This document shows, piece by piece, positions 49,613 to 61,750 of a stretch of DNA of 64,000 nt; within the stretch, counting starts at the first letter, position 1; every line of letters begins with the position of its first letter. The notes under the pieces were generated by a model, which saw nothing but the letters and a program-made list of their open reading frames with translations, did not search any database and was not told the DNA's origin. The DNA is from Selaginella moellendorffii (Eukaryota; Plantae; Lycopodiophyta): contig NW_003314362.1 of assembly GCF_000143415.4 (NCBI RefSeq), forward strand, positions 62,001 to 126,000, read 5' to 3'. Made by a program: the position numbers and the translations under genes.

Positions 49613-52600
49613 ATGCCGACGCCTGGCGATGGCGGCAGCTACTCCCTGGAGAAATTCAAGCTCTACGAGACGCAATCGGTGCGCTGTGCTTGATGCGATT
49701 TGGATTTGTGTGATGATCGATTGCGTTGTTGGCAGTGGTTCTACCTGGTTGCGAGGGATTCCGAGAAGCGGCACTGGAGAATCCTCAAGATCGACAGGAC
49801 CGAGCCTGCGGAGCTCAATATTGTGGAAGATCCCGTCGTCTACACCAAGCACGAATGCGCGGGGAGCTTGCAGAGGGTCGCCGAGGGCAACAAGGCCACT
49901 GGTGGACTCCATCTCGTCACCAAGGCTTACGGCATTGTCGGTGAGCGACCATTCCTCCTCTAGCTGAGCTCAGCTACGATCGATCGATTGATTGGATCAT
50001 CTTTTTCTCTTTGCAGGGTTTATCAAGTTCCGCGAATCACATTACATGATCCTTGTTTCCAAGCGTCGCCAGATTGGAAGTTTGTGTGGTCATGCTGTGT
50101 ATGCGATCGATGAGAACCAGCTTCTCACCGTTCCTCATCCCACTGTCCAGACCGAAGTAGCAGCTTCCAAGACCGAGCTCAGGTAAGATTTTTTTCTTCG
50201 TTCTGCTCCATCTATGTTTCTTCGCCCTCTTCCATTTTGTTCTTCTTACAGGTATAGGAAGCTGCTGTCTAGCGTGGATCTCACCAAAGACTTCTACTTC
50301 AGCTACACGTACAATCTCATGCACACTCTCCAGAGGAACGCACTAGAAGCGGGTGAAGGTGCGGATAGTAACATTCCTTACGACAACATGTTCGTTTGGA
50401 ATGCTTTTCTGACGCTGGGAATTCGTCGTCGTCTTGGAAACACCAGGTGGACTGTGGCGCTAGTTCACGGGCACTTTGAGCAGGTACTTGCTACTTGCTC
50501 GTTTGTTGTGCTGAGAAGAATTCGGCTTTTTGTCAGGCAAAGCTTTCAATCTATGGTCATGTTTTCTCCCTCACGCTCATTGCACGGAGGTCGCGGCATT
50601 TTGCCGGGACGAGGTTCGCTGCTTTCCTTTCTTTGGTTTTTAACTTTTTCATGTTCTTTATGATGACGTGCAGATATCTCAAAAGAGGTGTGAATGATAA
50701 AGGCAGAGTCGCAAATGATGTCGAAACCGAGCAGATTGTGATTGACGAGACCAAGCCGGGCCTCATGAGCTCTGTGGTGCAAAACCGTGGATCCATCCCG
50801 CTCTTCTGGTCACAAGAAGCTTCTCGCCTCAGTCCAAAGCCCGACATTGTCTGTGAGTGCCTCGGATGCTTTTGATTGCGTATGACTAACAGTTCTTGTG
50901 CAGTACAAAGATATGATCCGGTCTATCTGGCTACCAAGCTGCATTTTGAAGACCTTTCACGAAGATATGGCGATCCAATCATAATTCTCAACCTTATAAA
51001 GGCAAGTGTAGTCATGTTAGCGTTAAGCTCTTATCGTGTGAATCCGGTGTAGACGGTGGAGAAAAGACCGCGTGAAATGATGCTGCGACGTGAATTTGCA
51101 ACTGCAGTCGGTTATCTCAATCAGATTCTTCCTGAAGAACGCCGTTTAAAGTTTATCCACTGGGACTTCCACAAGTTTGCCAAAAGGTGTTTTGTTTTTC
51201 GTTCTTGTCTCACCTCATTGACGCTGTGATTCCAGTAAGTCTGCAAATGTCTTGGCTGTGCTTGGAGCTGTTGCAACTGAAGCATTGGACTTGACTGGCT
51301 TCTACTACAGCGGGAGACCATGGAAAGAAAAAAAGAAATTTCAACGTCCGTCTTTGTAAGCTTTCCTCGTGGTCTGAACTGTTTACGGTAACAATATTCT
51401 CTGACAGATACACTGGGGGTTCTGAAACGGCAAGCTCCAGCGATACAGTAAACTATGACCGAGGGAGGACCTTGCAATCTGGAGTTTTGAGAACAAATTG
51501 TATTGATTGCCTGGATCGCACAAATGTTGCGCAGTACGCATATGGCTTGGCAGCACTTGGACGGCAACTGCATTCCGTTGGAATCACAAACGTACCGCGA
51601 GTAGATCCTGACAGTACCATAGCCGCAGCTCTGATGGACATGTACCAGAATATGGGAGATGCATTGGCTCTTCAGTATGGTGGCTCCGCAGCTCACAACA
51701 CCGTAAGAACCATCGACGCTGATTAGTCTTACATATAGTGCTGCTGGCAGGTGTTTCCTGAGAGGCATGGGAGGTGGAAGGCGACCACGCAGTCTCAAGA
51801 GTTCTTGAAGTCAATTAAGCGGTACTACAGCAACACTTACACTGACGGCGAGAAGCAAGACGCGATGAACTTGTAAGCACTTGAAATGTTTCCTCCTTTC
51901 CTTTTTTCATGACCATGTGTCTGCCCAGGTTCTTAGGCTACTTCCAACCGCAAGAAGGAAAACCAGCTCTGTGGGATCTTGATTCAGATTACTACCTTCA
52001 TGTCGCTGGCTGTGGCGAGGAATTGTTTGAAGATTTCGTCTTGTAAGTAATTAATTTATTAGTGTGGAGATGCTCAGTAACCAGCTCGTGGTATTTTAGG
52101 AAGCCGTCGCCGAAACTTGAAGCCAGCAGCTCAAAAACGACGATTTCAAAGCTATCGACTTCCAATGACGAGTCCACTCGGTTGAAGCTGACATCATTTG
52201 ATAAAATCATGCAGGTGACGAGCGGATTACTGAAGGTAGTCTGCACTCAGAGTGATTCAGATCCGAAAGGAACCTGCACGGCCCCTGATGCTGCGTAAGT
52301 ATAAGCGGAATGGAATAGGAAATAGCTAACCCGTAATTCTACAGAGAAGTGCAGTTAAAGAGTCCCAACTGGCTGTTTGGCCAACGGAAGCATGAGGAGC
52401 CGCCAGCAGTTGTGGCGTCAGAGCCATTGCAAAAAGAGAAGCAATCTGAAGTTTCTACGGAGGACGATTGGGTAGCACTGGTGATGCCTTCCGAACAGGA
52501 TGTATCTGACAGGCAAGAGCTCAACTCTTTGTCTTTCTTCGTCTAAACTGGTTTTCTTGTTAGTCTATCCCTTACGACGGAGTCAGAGAAATGGTATGGG

Positions 52601-52864
52601 AGCGATCTTCTTTTTGGAACTGTCGAAAATAGCCCGGCTTATCTGCACTACGCTCAATTTTGCGAGGTACGGTGTCCCTGTTATTACTGATTAGATGAGT
52701 GATGGTAGTGGAAAGTATAGCAGGTTGGAAGCGTCAATCCCTTTGATCGTGGCACGGACGAAACAGACTACTTTTGCGACAACAATCAAGACGACGGGGA
52801 CGTTGCATCAGCCATGGAGGCTGCTCTGGCCGAGTTTGATGAACTTTGTGCTCTAGATTCATAG
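49613..52864 (+). CDS. SAC-domain phosphoinositide phosphatase (SAC1-5/FIG4 type)
   Basis: [11 protein letters not shown]; [13 protein letters not shown]; [29 protein letters not shown]; [14 protein letters not shown]; catalytic [12 protein letters not shown]; [10 protein letters not shown]. Confidence 0.93.
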
Positions 52865-52977
52865 GCTACTACCAGGTAAGAATCGGGCGAGCGTTCTCTT
52901 TTCCAAACTAATTTTCCTTTTAGGGGGAAGTTAATGGTTCCAAGGCATAGGGTTCTTCTGCCTAATGCCCCGAGGCC

Positions 52978-55107
52978 ATGCGAACAAGCGGCGTGTGCGC
53001 AGGGGAGTCCATTTCCATCCAGGTATGCAATCACAGGAAGAATAAGGAAGGAGGTTCAAAAGTAGAACTTCTTGCGGAGCTTAAAGCGTGCGCTAGAACA
53101 AGGGACCTTGACCGAGGGAGAAAAATTCACTCTTTAATCAGTGTGCGTGAAGAAAGATCCAACGTTTACTTGGCCACTGCCCTCATCAACATGTATGGAA
53201 AATGCGGCATTCTGGCCGAAGCTCGACGTATTTTCGATGGAATGCCGTCTCACACGGTTGTATCATGGACTGCGTTGATTCTGGGACTTGTAGAGAATGG
53301 CCAGGAGGTGGCGGCCTTGGAAACGTTTTCTCACATGATATCCTCGGGGGCGGTTCTTCCGAATTCTCGAACCTATGTAGCAGCATTCAAGGCTTGTAGC
53401 CGTCTGGCAGCGATGGAAGGCAGCAGTGCAATGGACGGTAAGGCTGTCAAGGTGAGCTCCTTGGAAAAAATAATGTTTTTGCATTGCGAGCTTCTTAAAA
53501 CTAGTGGCTGCTGTGTTTCAGACTTGTATGTGGCGAGCATTCTTATAGATGCGTACGCCAATTCCGGGAGCTTGGTAGACGCTGGAAGAGTCTTCGACTC
53601 GATAGGGTGCCGGAACGTTGTGTCGTGGAATTCACTCATCCTGGGGCATGCTGAGAACGGTGAAGAAGATGTCGCTTTGAAGTTACTTGAGTGGATGCTG
53701 TGCAACAACTCTTGCAAGCCGGACGGTCGGACATTCCTTGCTGCAGTGAAGGCTTGCACAAATCTGGCAGTGAAGGAAGCGGTTCGTGAAAGCGACGAGA
53801 CAGTCACCAAAGTTCTCTCTTTGGAAAAGGGCCTGGCAGTGCATCTTCAGCTGACAAGGTGTTGCAAAGACCAAGACGACGTCTTCATTGCCAACGCACT
53901 TGTCGACATGTACGCAAAGTGTGGGAGCTTGGTGGATTCTGAGAGGGTCTTTCACGGCATGAAGAATCTCACGGTCGTGACTTGGACTTCGCTGATGCTC
54001 GGTTACGTTGACAATGGCCGACAGGAACTGGCCTTGGAGCTGTTTGTGTCAATGGCAAACCTTGGAGCTGTTTGTCCACCCAATGCCAGGACCTTTGTGG
54101 CAGTACTCAAGGCTTGCACGGGCATGGCAGAGAAAGAAGAGGTGACAGTGGTGAGCGACAAGTCTTACAAGCAGCTCTCTCTGGAAAAAGGACTGGCTCT
54201 TCACTCGGAAGCTGCGAGACATGGCTGTGACACCGAAGTGTTCGTCGCAAACACCTTGGTTGACATGTACTCCAAGTGCGGGAGCTTGGAGGACGCAAGC
54301 AGGGTGTTTTACCAGATGCCACACCGGAACGTGGTGACGTACACGGCGCTGATAACAGGTTTCTCCGAGACTGGTGAAGCGAAGCTCGCTCTCGAGCTGT
54401 TTTCGCTCATGAAACGAGACGGAGGCTGCGTTCCGGACAGTAAAACTTTTGCGGCTGTGCTCAAGGCCTGCGGCGGTGCCGTCGACTTGCAAATGGCGAG
54501 AGAGGCTCACGCAGCTGCTTGCAGGCGTGGCCTCGAGAGCGATCGAGTTGTAGCCAACTCCGTGGTAGACACGTACGGTAAGTGCGGAAGAATTTCCTGC
54601 GCTCAGCATGTCTTTGACACGCTGTGTTGCAGAGATACAGTGACTTGGACTGCTCTTATTGCTGGATATGGCCGTCAAGGCGACACCGATCGAGTACTGG
54701 CACTTTTCCGTGAGATGGAAACAGCGGGGTCCCGACCAAACGGTACGACTTTTGTGTCTTTGTTGGCCGCGTTCAGTCGTGCGGGCCTCGTTGACTCTGG
54801 GAAACTTTGCTTTCAGGCAATGCGTTCTCGGTACGGGGTTGATCCGGGCATGGAGCACTATCTGTGCATGGTGGATTTGCTCGCACGGGCCAACTTAGTG
54901 GAAGCTGCCGTGGAGACTCTGGAGCGAATGCCATTCAAACCCGAGGCGCTGGCTTGGAGAACAGTCCTGGGCGCGTGTCAAGATGGAAACTTCGGAGCCG
55001 GGAAGATTGCTTTCGAGTCACTGATGGGAGCCAAAGGAGATCACGCGGCTGCTTACGATTTGATGGCGAACTTCCACAGCTGCCTGGCGATATCTCTGCA
55101 GCGGTGA
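52978..55107 (+). CDS. PLS-class pentatricopeptide repeat protein (E-type C-terminus, no DYW), intronless
   Basis: 709-aa ORF of repeated P-L-S triplets (ALINMYGKCG..ARRIFD; VVSWTALI). Ends HYLCMVDLLARA..MPFKPEALAWRTVLGAC..YDLMAN. Confidence 0.92.
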   Translation: MRTSGVCAGESISIQVCNHRKNKEGGSKVELLAELKACARTRDLDRGRKIHSLISVREERSNVYLATALINMYGKCGILAEARRIFDGMPSHTVVSWTALILGLVENGQEVAALETFSHMISSGAVLPNSRTYVAAFKACSRLAAMEGSSAMDGKAVKVSSLEKIMFLHCELLKTSGCCVSDLYVASILIDAYANSGSLVDAGRVFDSIGCRNVVSWNSLILGHAENGEEDVALKLLEWMLCNNSCKPDGRTFLAAVKACTNLAVKEAVRESDETVTKVLSLEKGLAVHLQLTRCCKDQDDVFIANALVDMYAKCGSLVDSERVFHGMKNLTVVTWTSLMLGYVDNGRQELALELFVSMANLGAVCPPNARTFVAVLKACTGMAEKEEVTVVSDKSYKQLSLEKGLALHSEAARHGCDTEVFVANTLVDMYSKCGSLEDASRVFYQMPHRNVVTYTALITGFSETGEAKLALELFSLMKRDGGCVPDSKTFAAVLKACGGAVDLQMAREAHAAACRRGLESDRVVANSVVDTYGKCGRISCAQHVFDTLCCRDTVTWTALIAGYGRQGDTDRVLALFREMETAGSRPNGTTFVSLLAAFSRAGLVDSGKLCFQAMRSRYGVDPGMEHYLCMVDLLARANLVEAAVETLERMPFKPEALAWRTVLGACQDGNFGAGKIAFESLMGAKGDHAAAYDLMANFHSCLAISLQR

Positions 55108-56421
55108 GAAGTATGTGTGCTGCCGCTACTGAAAGTCGAGGTTCTACTTTGTCTCGAAGGTGACGGGTTTCAACAGGCGTGACTGCTGCGTCGGCTGCTC
55201 GAGTCCCCACCACACTCACGGATTCCTTCGCAGATACAATTGATCAATCCAAAGACTTCGTCGACTGCGGATCGTGACGTGATTCCTCGCGAGCGCACCT
55301 TTCCTTTCTCGCGTGTCAGCTTTTACTCGGTGAGTGGTGGCTTTCTTTCTCTTCTTCGAGTCTCTCGAGCCAAAATAGCTTTCTTTTCTGCAGGAGAGAG
55401 AAGAGAAGATGATGCGTTTGTATATGCGTCTAGCTCGCCTTGGAGCCATTATAGCTCGTTTGCTGGAGCAAGACATGGCAACAAATGAAAAAATTTCCAT
55501 GAACTCGCACAGATGCTCTCTTTTGTTGTGTTGCGTGACTTGTGATCCATCTTACTCCACGTGATTCCCATGTCTCTCGCAGGATGGCGAGTTTTGCCCG
55601 AAAAGAAATTGTTGCGCCATCGCTGTCACACCAGAAGCTTCTCTCGAGATTTTCACGTAATCCGGTTTTGGATGAGTTCGTTCGTTCTACTCCACCAAGC
55701 GGGAAGTTAAAAAGCAAAGAAAATTTATGTCTCTGTACGAAGTCGAAAGGAAAACTTGTAAAGTGTGCATGCGTGTAACTCTCCTCGTCCATCCGTCAAA
55801 GATGCGATTTCCATGTGTTGGGGGACACAGGCATATTCGTTAGTTTATATTAGGGCAAGGTGGAAGCCTTCCCCGGGCAGAGCCAAGGAATAGAGAATCA
55901 AAGTCTTTACGCTAAAATATTTGGCACATTTGGGGAAGGAGAGGGGTGAAAATTATATGCCAACCAACCAACCATATATGCGGATATCTTCACATATAAT
56001 CACCAAGTGCTGTACGAACCCTGGCGGCGGAGCCGCCTCGTGGCGCCACGACAGTCCATCCATTTTGGGATCCACTCGTCCATCTCCGCGTTTTAACTAG
56101 GTACCACCTTCTAAATCTTTTACTTGCCCATTTTCTTCCTTCTCTTTTTTACTTTAACCTTGCGAGGTTGTTGTTCCTTGTGCGCCTTTGGAGTGTGCTT
56201 GGTTTTTTCCCCCCTTGATTTTTCTCCTCCTCCTCCTCCTCCTCCTCCTTCCTCGAGCGCTTAGGGTTTGTGGATCTCGAGCTCGACGGCGGCGCTCTCT
56301 CCCTGGAAGAAATCTGGTAAGCGAGCGAGCGCTGGGAATTCTCCCTCCCATGCTCTGCTGATCTCTCGTGTCGCGCGCTAGGTTTTCCCTTCCCCGCCAT
56401 AGCTGCTAAGGAGGAACAAGC

Positions 56422-57593
56422 ATGACGCGCAAGTGCTCCCATTGCGGGCACAATGGACACAACTCGCGGACGTGCCCCGATCGCGGCGTGAGGCTGTTTG
56501 GCGTGAGATTGACCGAGGGGATGCGCAAGAGCGCCAGCATGGGCAATCTCCTGCATTACAATCCCTCCGCCGTCACGCCGGAGCCCTCGGATTCCGGAGC
56601 TATCGCCGATGGTTACGTCTCTGATGGACTCGTCCAAACATCCAGCAATGCTCGCGAGAGAAAGAAAGGTGAGTGAGTGCTAACTTAGATTTCTTCCTTT
56701 GTTCTTCGTTTCCACTCACAAAGGAGGGCTTTTCTTGGCTTGCAGGAGTTCCCTGGACGGAGGAAGAGCACAGATGCTTCCTCTTGGGCTTGCAAAAGCT
56801 CGGCAAGGGCGATTGGAGGGGCATCGCCAAGAACTTTGTGACGACGCGGACTCCCACGCAGGTCGCCAGCCACGCGCAAAAGTATTTTATCCGGCAGAGT
56901 AATCTAAGCAAGAGGAAGAGGCGCTCCAGCCTCTTTGATATCTCTCCAGAGGTGGTAAGTTGTTCGATTTGCAAGAAGGAATTGCGCTCAAACTTTGGCT
57001 TCCAGGATGTCGCAGCTGCTGCTGGTGGATTTGACTCCTTCACCAGTCCAGTTCTAGATGCGATGCCGCCACCACCACTCCGCCAATTGAGCAGCGGTCC
57101 AGCGCCAGCATCCGTCGCTCCAACATTTCGCGAGAGCTTGCAGCCGTTCCCAGTGGCGATGGCCCTCGACTCCGTGAAGGAGGAGGAGGTGATGGACTCG
57201 AGCGAGGGAGACACCACCAACGAGGAAACCAACAGAAGTTCGTCGACGACACGAGCAGCCCCCGTCGCCTTCCTCCACCCGGTGCCCGTCCCAATTCCCG
57301 TGGCAGTGCCGGTGTGGCTGGGCCTCGGCCCGTGCATGGACCGGCCTCCAGCTCCATCGCCATCGCTATCCTCCTCCTCCAAGCTCGTCCGGCCAACAGC
57401 CAGCCTCCCAAGAGCTCCGGTGAGGCTCGACAGCGGCGAGCTTCCGCAACTGCGGCTGGGACTGTCGGTGGAGCCGCTCAAGCTGGACGAGCCATCGACG
57501 AGACACTCGGCCTTCCACTCCAAGAGCTCCTCGTCCTCGGCTTTCAGCAGCAATTTGCGGGACCGCAACAACGTTCCAATCAGCGTCGTGTGA
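56422..57593 (+). CDS. CCHC zinc-knuckle + SHAQKYF MYB-related transcription factor (MYBS3/KUA1-like)
   Basis: [74 protein letters not shown]. Confidence 0.93.
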
Positions 57594-57891
57594 TTCCACC
57601 GCTCGATCGATCTCTCTCGTCTCGATCGAAGCAGCAGCGAGCAGCAGCGAGCAGAGATTTCTAGTGTCGCAACTCAACTTTGACGAAACGATTCTTTTCT
57701 TCTTGCCTGTGAATACGTGTTGTAGTTTACTTCTAGTCACTGGTGATGACGTTCTTCCGAGGCACCTTTTATCTTATAAACTATGATTCACGTATGATTC
57801 TTTTTTAGGGCTCTTTTAACTACCAGATGGAATCGAGCGAGTGAGAGAATCTCGCCTCCTTGTCGCGCTCGATCGCCATCGCTCGCTCTCA

Positions 57892-59814
57892 ATGGCGGAG
57901 GAAGGAGAAGAAGTCAAGGGCGACGAGGTGAGATTGTTGCGTGATTGAGAGGGAAATGTGGATGATTTGTTTATTTTGCGATGGATCAGGTGAAACAAGG
58001 GGAGCAACAAATGGAGAAGGAGGAGGTATCGCCGCAAACGACAACGACGGATCCTTCCACATCGGAGGGGACTAAGGATGAGGCGCCCCAGGTCTTCGTT
58101 TTAAGCGACTTTGTTATAGTTTTTGGATCTAAATTCGTGTCGCGACTGGGAATGTAGGCCGAGGAAAGGCACCAAGTCATGTTTCACATCGAGGTGGGAT
58201 ATCATCACTAAACATCTTAGATAAGATGAAATGTTGTTTCTCTCTTCCCTCCTTTCCGTGTTCTTCACACAAATGGCTTTGCTTTTTCTAGGAAACGATG
58301 GAGGAGATTGGTGATCTCCAGTCAGAGAACAAGGTGCTGGAGAAACGCCTGCTGGCTCTGCAGAAGCGACGCTCGACAATTGGAACCAAGCTCTTCCTCG
58401 AAGGTGCCGAGACACTGTATCAGGCTGTGAGAAAATCCTTGTTTTATCTCTTTCGAAGTGTTTCATCCTTGTTTCTTGTTTTGATTGGCAGCGGTTGACT
58501 CAATGGAAGAATCTCAAGGAAGAGATCGACCGGCTGGTTCTCGAGTACGACGAGAGGATTGAGGACATGCAAGAGCAAGTGAGGGAGAAGCAAGAGGAAG
58601 CCAAAGCGATGCGCTCCGAGTTTCTGGCCTACAAGTGGCAGGTTCTTTCGTTGTTGCCTTGCTGAAATTATCTTGCATGACAAAACAACAAACTGTAGCC
58701 GCCAGCTTTTTCTTTGATTCTTTCTTTCAGCTGAAACTAACGAAATGCACGATCTGACTCCAGTGCAGATGGCTAGGGAAGCCGAACACAGCATAACTGG
58801 AAAGCCGCTGAAGCCTAAGCTACTCGCAAAGGTTACTTTAGACTAACACTGGTACGGGACGGAGCATTGACGAGGGGAATTTATTGCCAGCTCCAAGCCG
58901 AAGAAAACGATCTGGATGCAGAGATTGAAACTCTGAGGATTCAGGGGAAGCAGCTCAAGACTCAGCTGAAAAAGCTGGAGCAGGCATTATGGAAGAAGGA
59001 ACAGCTACCTGGCGGCCTTCACTTGGTCGACTTCGAGCAGCTCAAAATCGAGAATGAGTCACTCAACGAGAAGGTAAACTCCCACTTTACGAGGTAAACG
59101 ATCTCCTTTCTCGTCGTGTTTGTGTGTGTGCAGCTATCGAAGAAAAATGACGAGCTCTTCCAGCTCAAGAAAAAGAGCACGCATGTAGTTCACGTGCTCA
59201 CTCATGTTCGTGAGAAGCTCCAGTACGTCCAGAAGGAGACCGAGGTATATGTAGCTACGTTTCCTGGTTTCGTGACGAAGTTTTATGGTGAGTGACAGAC
59301 TGATGCAAAAGCTTTAGAGACTGTGGACTCTGAATTGCTGGCCAAGCGAAAAGAACTGCACAGGGTGAAGGCTATGTGCAAAACTCTCCGAGCTAAGATG
59401 GCAAAGATGCAGGTTCGTCCACGTCTCTACTCCATGCTTTCTCTTTCTCTGCTTTTACTCTTTACGGGTCCTTTTTTTTTTTTTTCTAATCGGAACAACT
59501 GATGATTCTTTGCTACTAAACAGGAGGATATCGTAAATGTGACAAACCCCGCGCTGCTGGACGACTTGGAGCTCCACAAAGAAAACGTGGAGGCGTTTGA
59601 GAGGAAGCTCCGAGAGCTCAAGGGGCGGCACGCCGTGCTGACGAAGAAGAACAAGGAGCTCCACCGGCAGCTCCAGGACTCGCTCACCATGGGCAATTAC
59701 GTGATTGGCAATCCCATGCAAGCCGAGACCACTGGCCCGACCAACAGCTTGAGGTGGGGATCCAAACGCGACGTGCTCAAGAAGAAATTCTCGGGAGCTC
59801 TCAATCACATATGA
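57892..59814 (+). CDS. CCDC96: Coiled-coil cilia/flagella protein CCDC96 (DUF4201)
   Basis: LHLVDFEQLKIENESLNEK..KNDELFQLKKK..VHVLTHVREKLQYV..NPALLDDLE. Exon structure of the 5' half is less certain. Confidence 0.8.
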
Positions 59815-60631
59815 TCGTCCAACAAGTAAGCCAAGCTTTTCTCTTTTTACTCTTTCTCTGTTTACTCTTCACTTTTGGCTAGAGCTCGTTCGCTTGGAAC
59901 TCAGGTACTTCTTTTTCTTGGAGTCAAGAAAAAGAAGATAAATGTGCTGGAAGAGATTTACCGCTGCTACCGTACTCCATTTACTGCGATGGTGCTAAGC
60001 TTTTGCCAGGGCCTAGCTAGCCATCGCGCGAGCTATGGAAGAAAAGAAAAACTAAATAACAGTACCAGGTACTACTGTTGCTACTGCTGCTCGAGGAGAA
60101 AGTTTTCCACATTCCACCAATTCCCGCGTTGGTCTTGTTCGTTCTCCTCGGAATGGTGGACGAATGGATCCAAAAAATCCAAGCCAACGGTGTGCTGCGC
60201 TGCTGCTGCTACTGTCAATCGAATTTTGTGGAGTGGAATCGCTCGCCCGCTCGCTCGCTGCTAGCCATCTCGATCAATCGCCTCTAGCACTCTGCAAATT
60301 TAATGGACTGGTGGTCACTGTGTTTGTAGCAAGACACTAAACGCTCGCACGAACGAGTCGTCGATAATGCGATTGCGTTGAGATTCCCTCCCTCCATGCT
60401 TCCTCCCACTTGGAAGAAATGGTTTTTACTGGGGCGTTGACTGGGCTGGGCTGTGTTGACTGGCAGCGCCACTGGATTCGAGGTGGCGCGAGCGATCCAT
60501 CGTCGAATTTTACAATCATGGCACGCGAGGTTTCTCTCGCTCTTTCTTACACTGATAACAAGGCGCGCGCGAAAAGGCCGAGATTTTCATTAACATTTGA
60601 AGAACCCTAAAAACAGGGGAGTCAAATCCCA

Positions 60632-61750
60632 CTACGATCTCCGATAAGACGACGACGAATTGGAGGAATTCCAGAGCTTGAGCTTGAGATCGAGATCGTA
60701 GCTGTGCTGCTGATGCTGGTAGCCGCTGCTGGAGGAGCTACTGCTCAGCAAAATGTTGGTACCGTGACACTTGGATTGCTGCTGCTGCTGCTGGTGATGA
60801 TGGTGGGAGACTGCCGGTGGGATGATGGGCTGCCCGGACGAGCTCGGGATCGCGAAATTCGTCCTGGCCTTGGCGCCTCGCAGCTTCCTGGCCGCCGCAT
60901 CGTAGGCCCTGGCAGCGTCCTCTGGAGTATCAAACGTTCCCAACCAATGCCGGCACCGCCCAATCCTGTCGCGAATCTCCGCGGACCATCGCCCCCACGG
61001 CCTCTTCCGGACTCCCCGGAACACCCGACCAGGATTCGCCGCGCCAGTAGCGGCGCTAACCGCGGCGCCATTTGGAGGATCCGGGGAAGACGATGCAAGC
61101 GAATAGCCCGCCGCCGCCGCGGCCGCTGCTAAACTGTCGATGGTGGTGTGGCTCGTCCTCTTGGAACTCAAGCTGCGATCCAAGTCCAGCTCGCTGTGGC
61201 CGCGACGGCTGCCGTAAAACGTATGATCGTCCAGGAAACAGTGGCCGTGACTTTCGGAGAAGTGTTCTTGGCCGACCATGAGATCCATGTCGTCTTGTCG
61301 GCTGCTGTCGGGGACGCTGCAGCGATAATTGGTGGTGGCGGCGGCGTTGTAGCGCGGCGTCACTGGATGATCGTGATGGTGGCGGTGGTGGTGCGAGGAG
61401 GAAGAAGTGGAATCGGCGGTGGCGCCGCCTCCGCCGCCAAAAAGGATTCTTTGTCCCACCACTGCAGCGATGCCATCCAAGCTGCTGTTACTGCTGTGGC
61501 CGGGCGATGGAATTGGAGAGGTGCAAGGATTGTGATCCAGCGCTAACGCATCGAGCTGGCTGCAAAACTCTTGATCGTGGCGGCGGCGCCCTGCAGGACG
61601 AAGATTGAAAGACGATGATCCGGCAGCTCCTCCAGCGTATAGCAAGTGATCGAAGCTATCATGGCAATGGTCTTGATCGAACAACATTGGCGACGATGGA
61701 AAGGAGCGGGGCTCCTCCTTGATTCCAGTGAGAACTTCATGCAACGCCAT
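60632..61750 (-). CDS. AP2/ERF transcription factor (ERF084-like)
   Basis: [56 protein letters not shown]; upstream [13 protein letters not shown] motif; C-terminal DLDLKLKL. Confidence 0.9.
   Translation of the reverse strand: MALHEVLTGIKEEPRSFPSSPMLFDQDHCHDSFDHLLYAGGAAGSSSFNLRPAGRRRHDQEFCSQLDALALDHNPCTSPIPSPGHSSNSSLDGIAAVVGQRILFGGGGGATADSTSSSSHHHRHHHDHPVTPRYNAAATTNYRCSVPDSSRQDDMDLMVGQEHFSESHGHCFLDDHTFYGSRRGHSELDLDRSLSSKRTSHTTIDSLAAAAAAAGYSLASSSPDPPNGAAVSAATGAANPGRVFRGVRKRPWGRWSAEIRDRIGRCRHWLGTFDTPEDAARAYDAAARKLRGAKARTNFAIPSSSGQPIIPPAVSHHHHQQQQQQSKCHGTNILLSSSSSSSGYQHQQHSYDLDLKLKLWNSSNSSSSYRRS

Noticed and set aside
55216-55800. Small ORFs and an intron-like GT..AG (~55328-55393) after the PPR gene
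   Set aside because: No recognisable protein; more likely UTR or intergenic sequence.
54049-57571. Long antisense ORFs (269 aa at 54049-54858; 323 aa at 56600-57571)
   Set aside because: Shadows of the PPR and MYB genes.
60075-60290. Possible miRNA hairpin or extra ERF exon (LDFLDPFVHH...WWNVENFLLEQQ* on the minus strand)
   Set aside because: Pairing is too imperfect and matches no miRNA I recognise, and I could not establish a convincing in-frame splice to the ERF.
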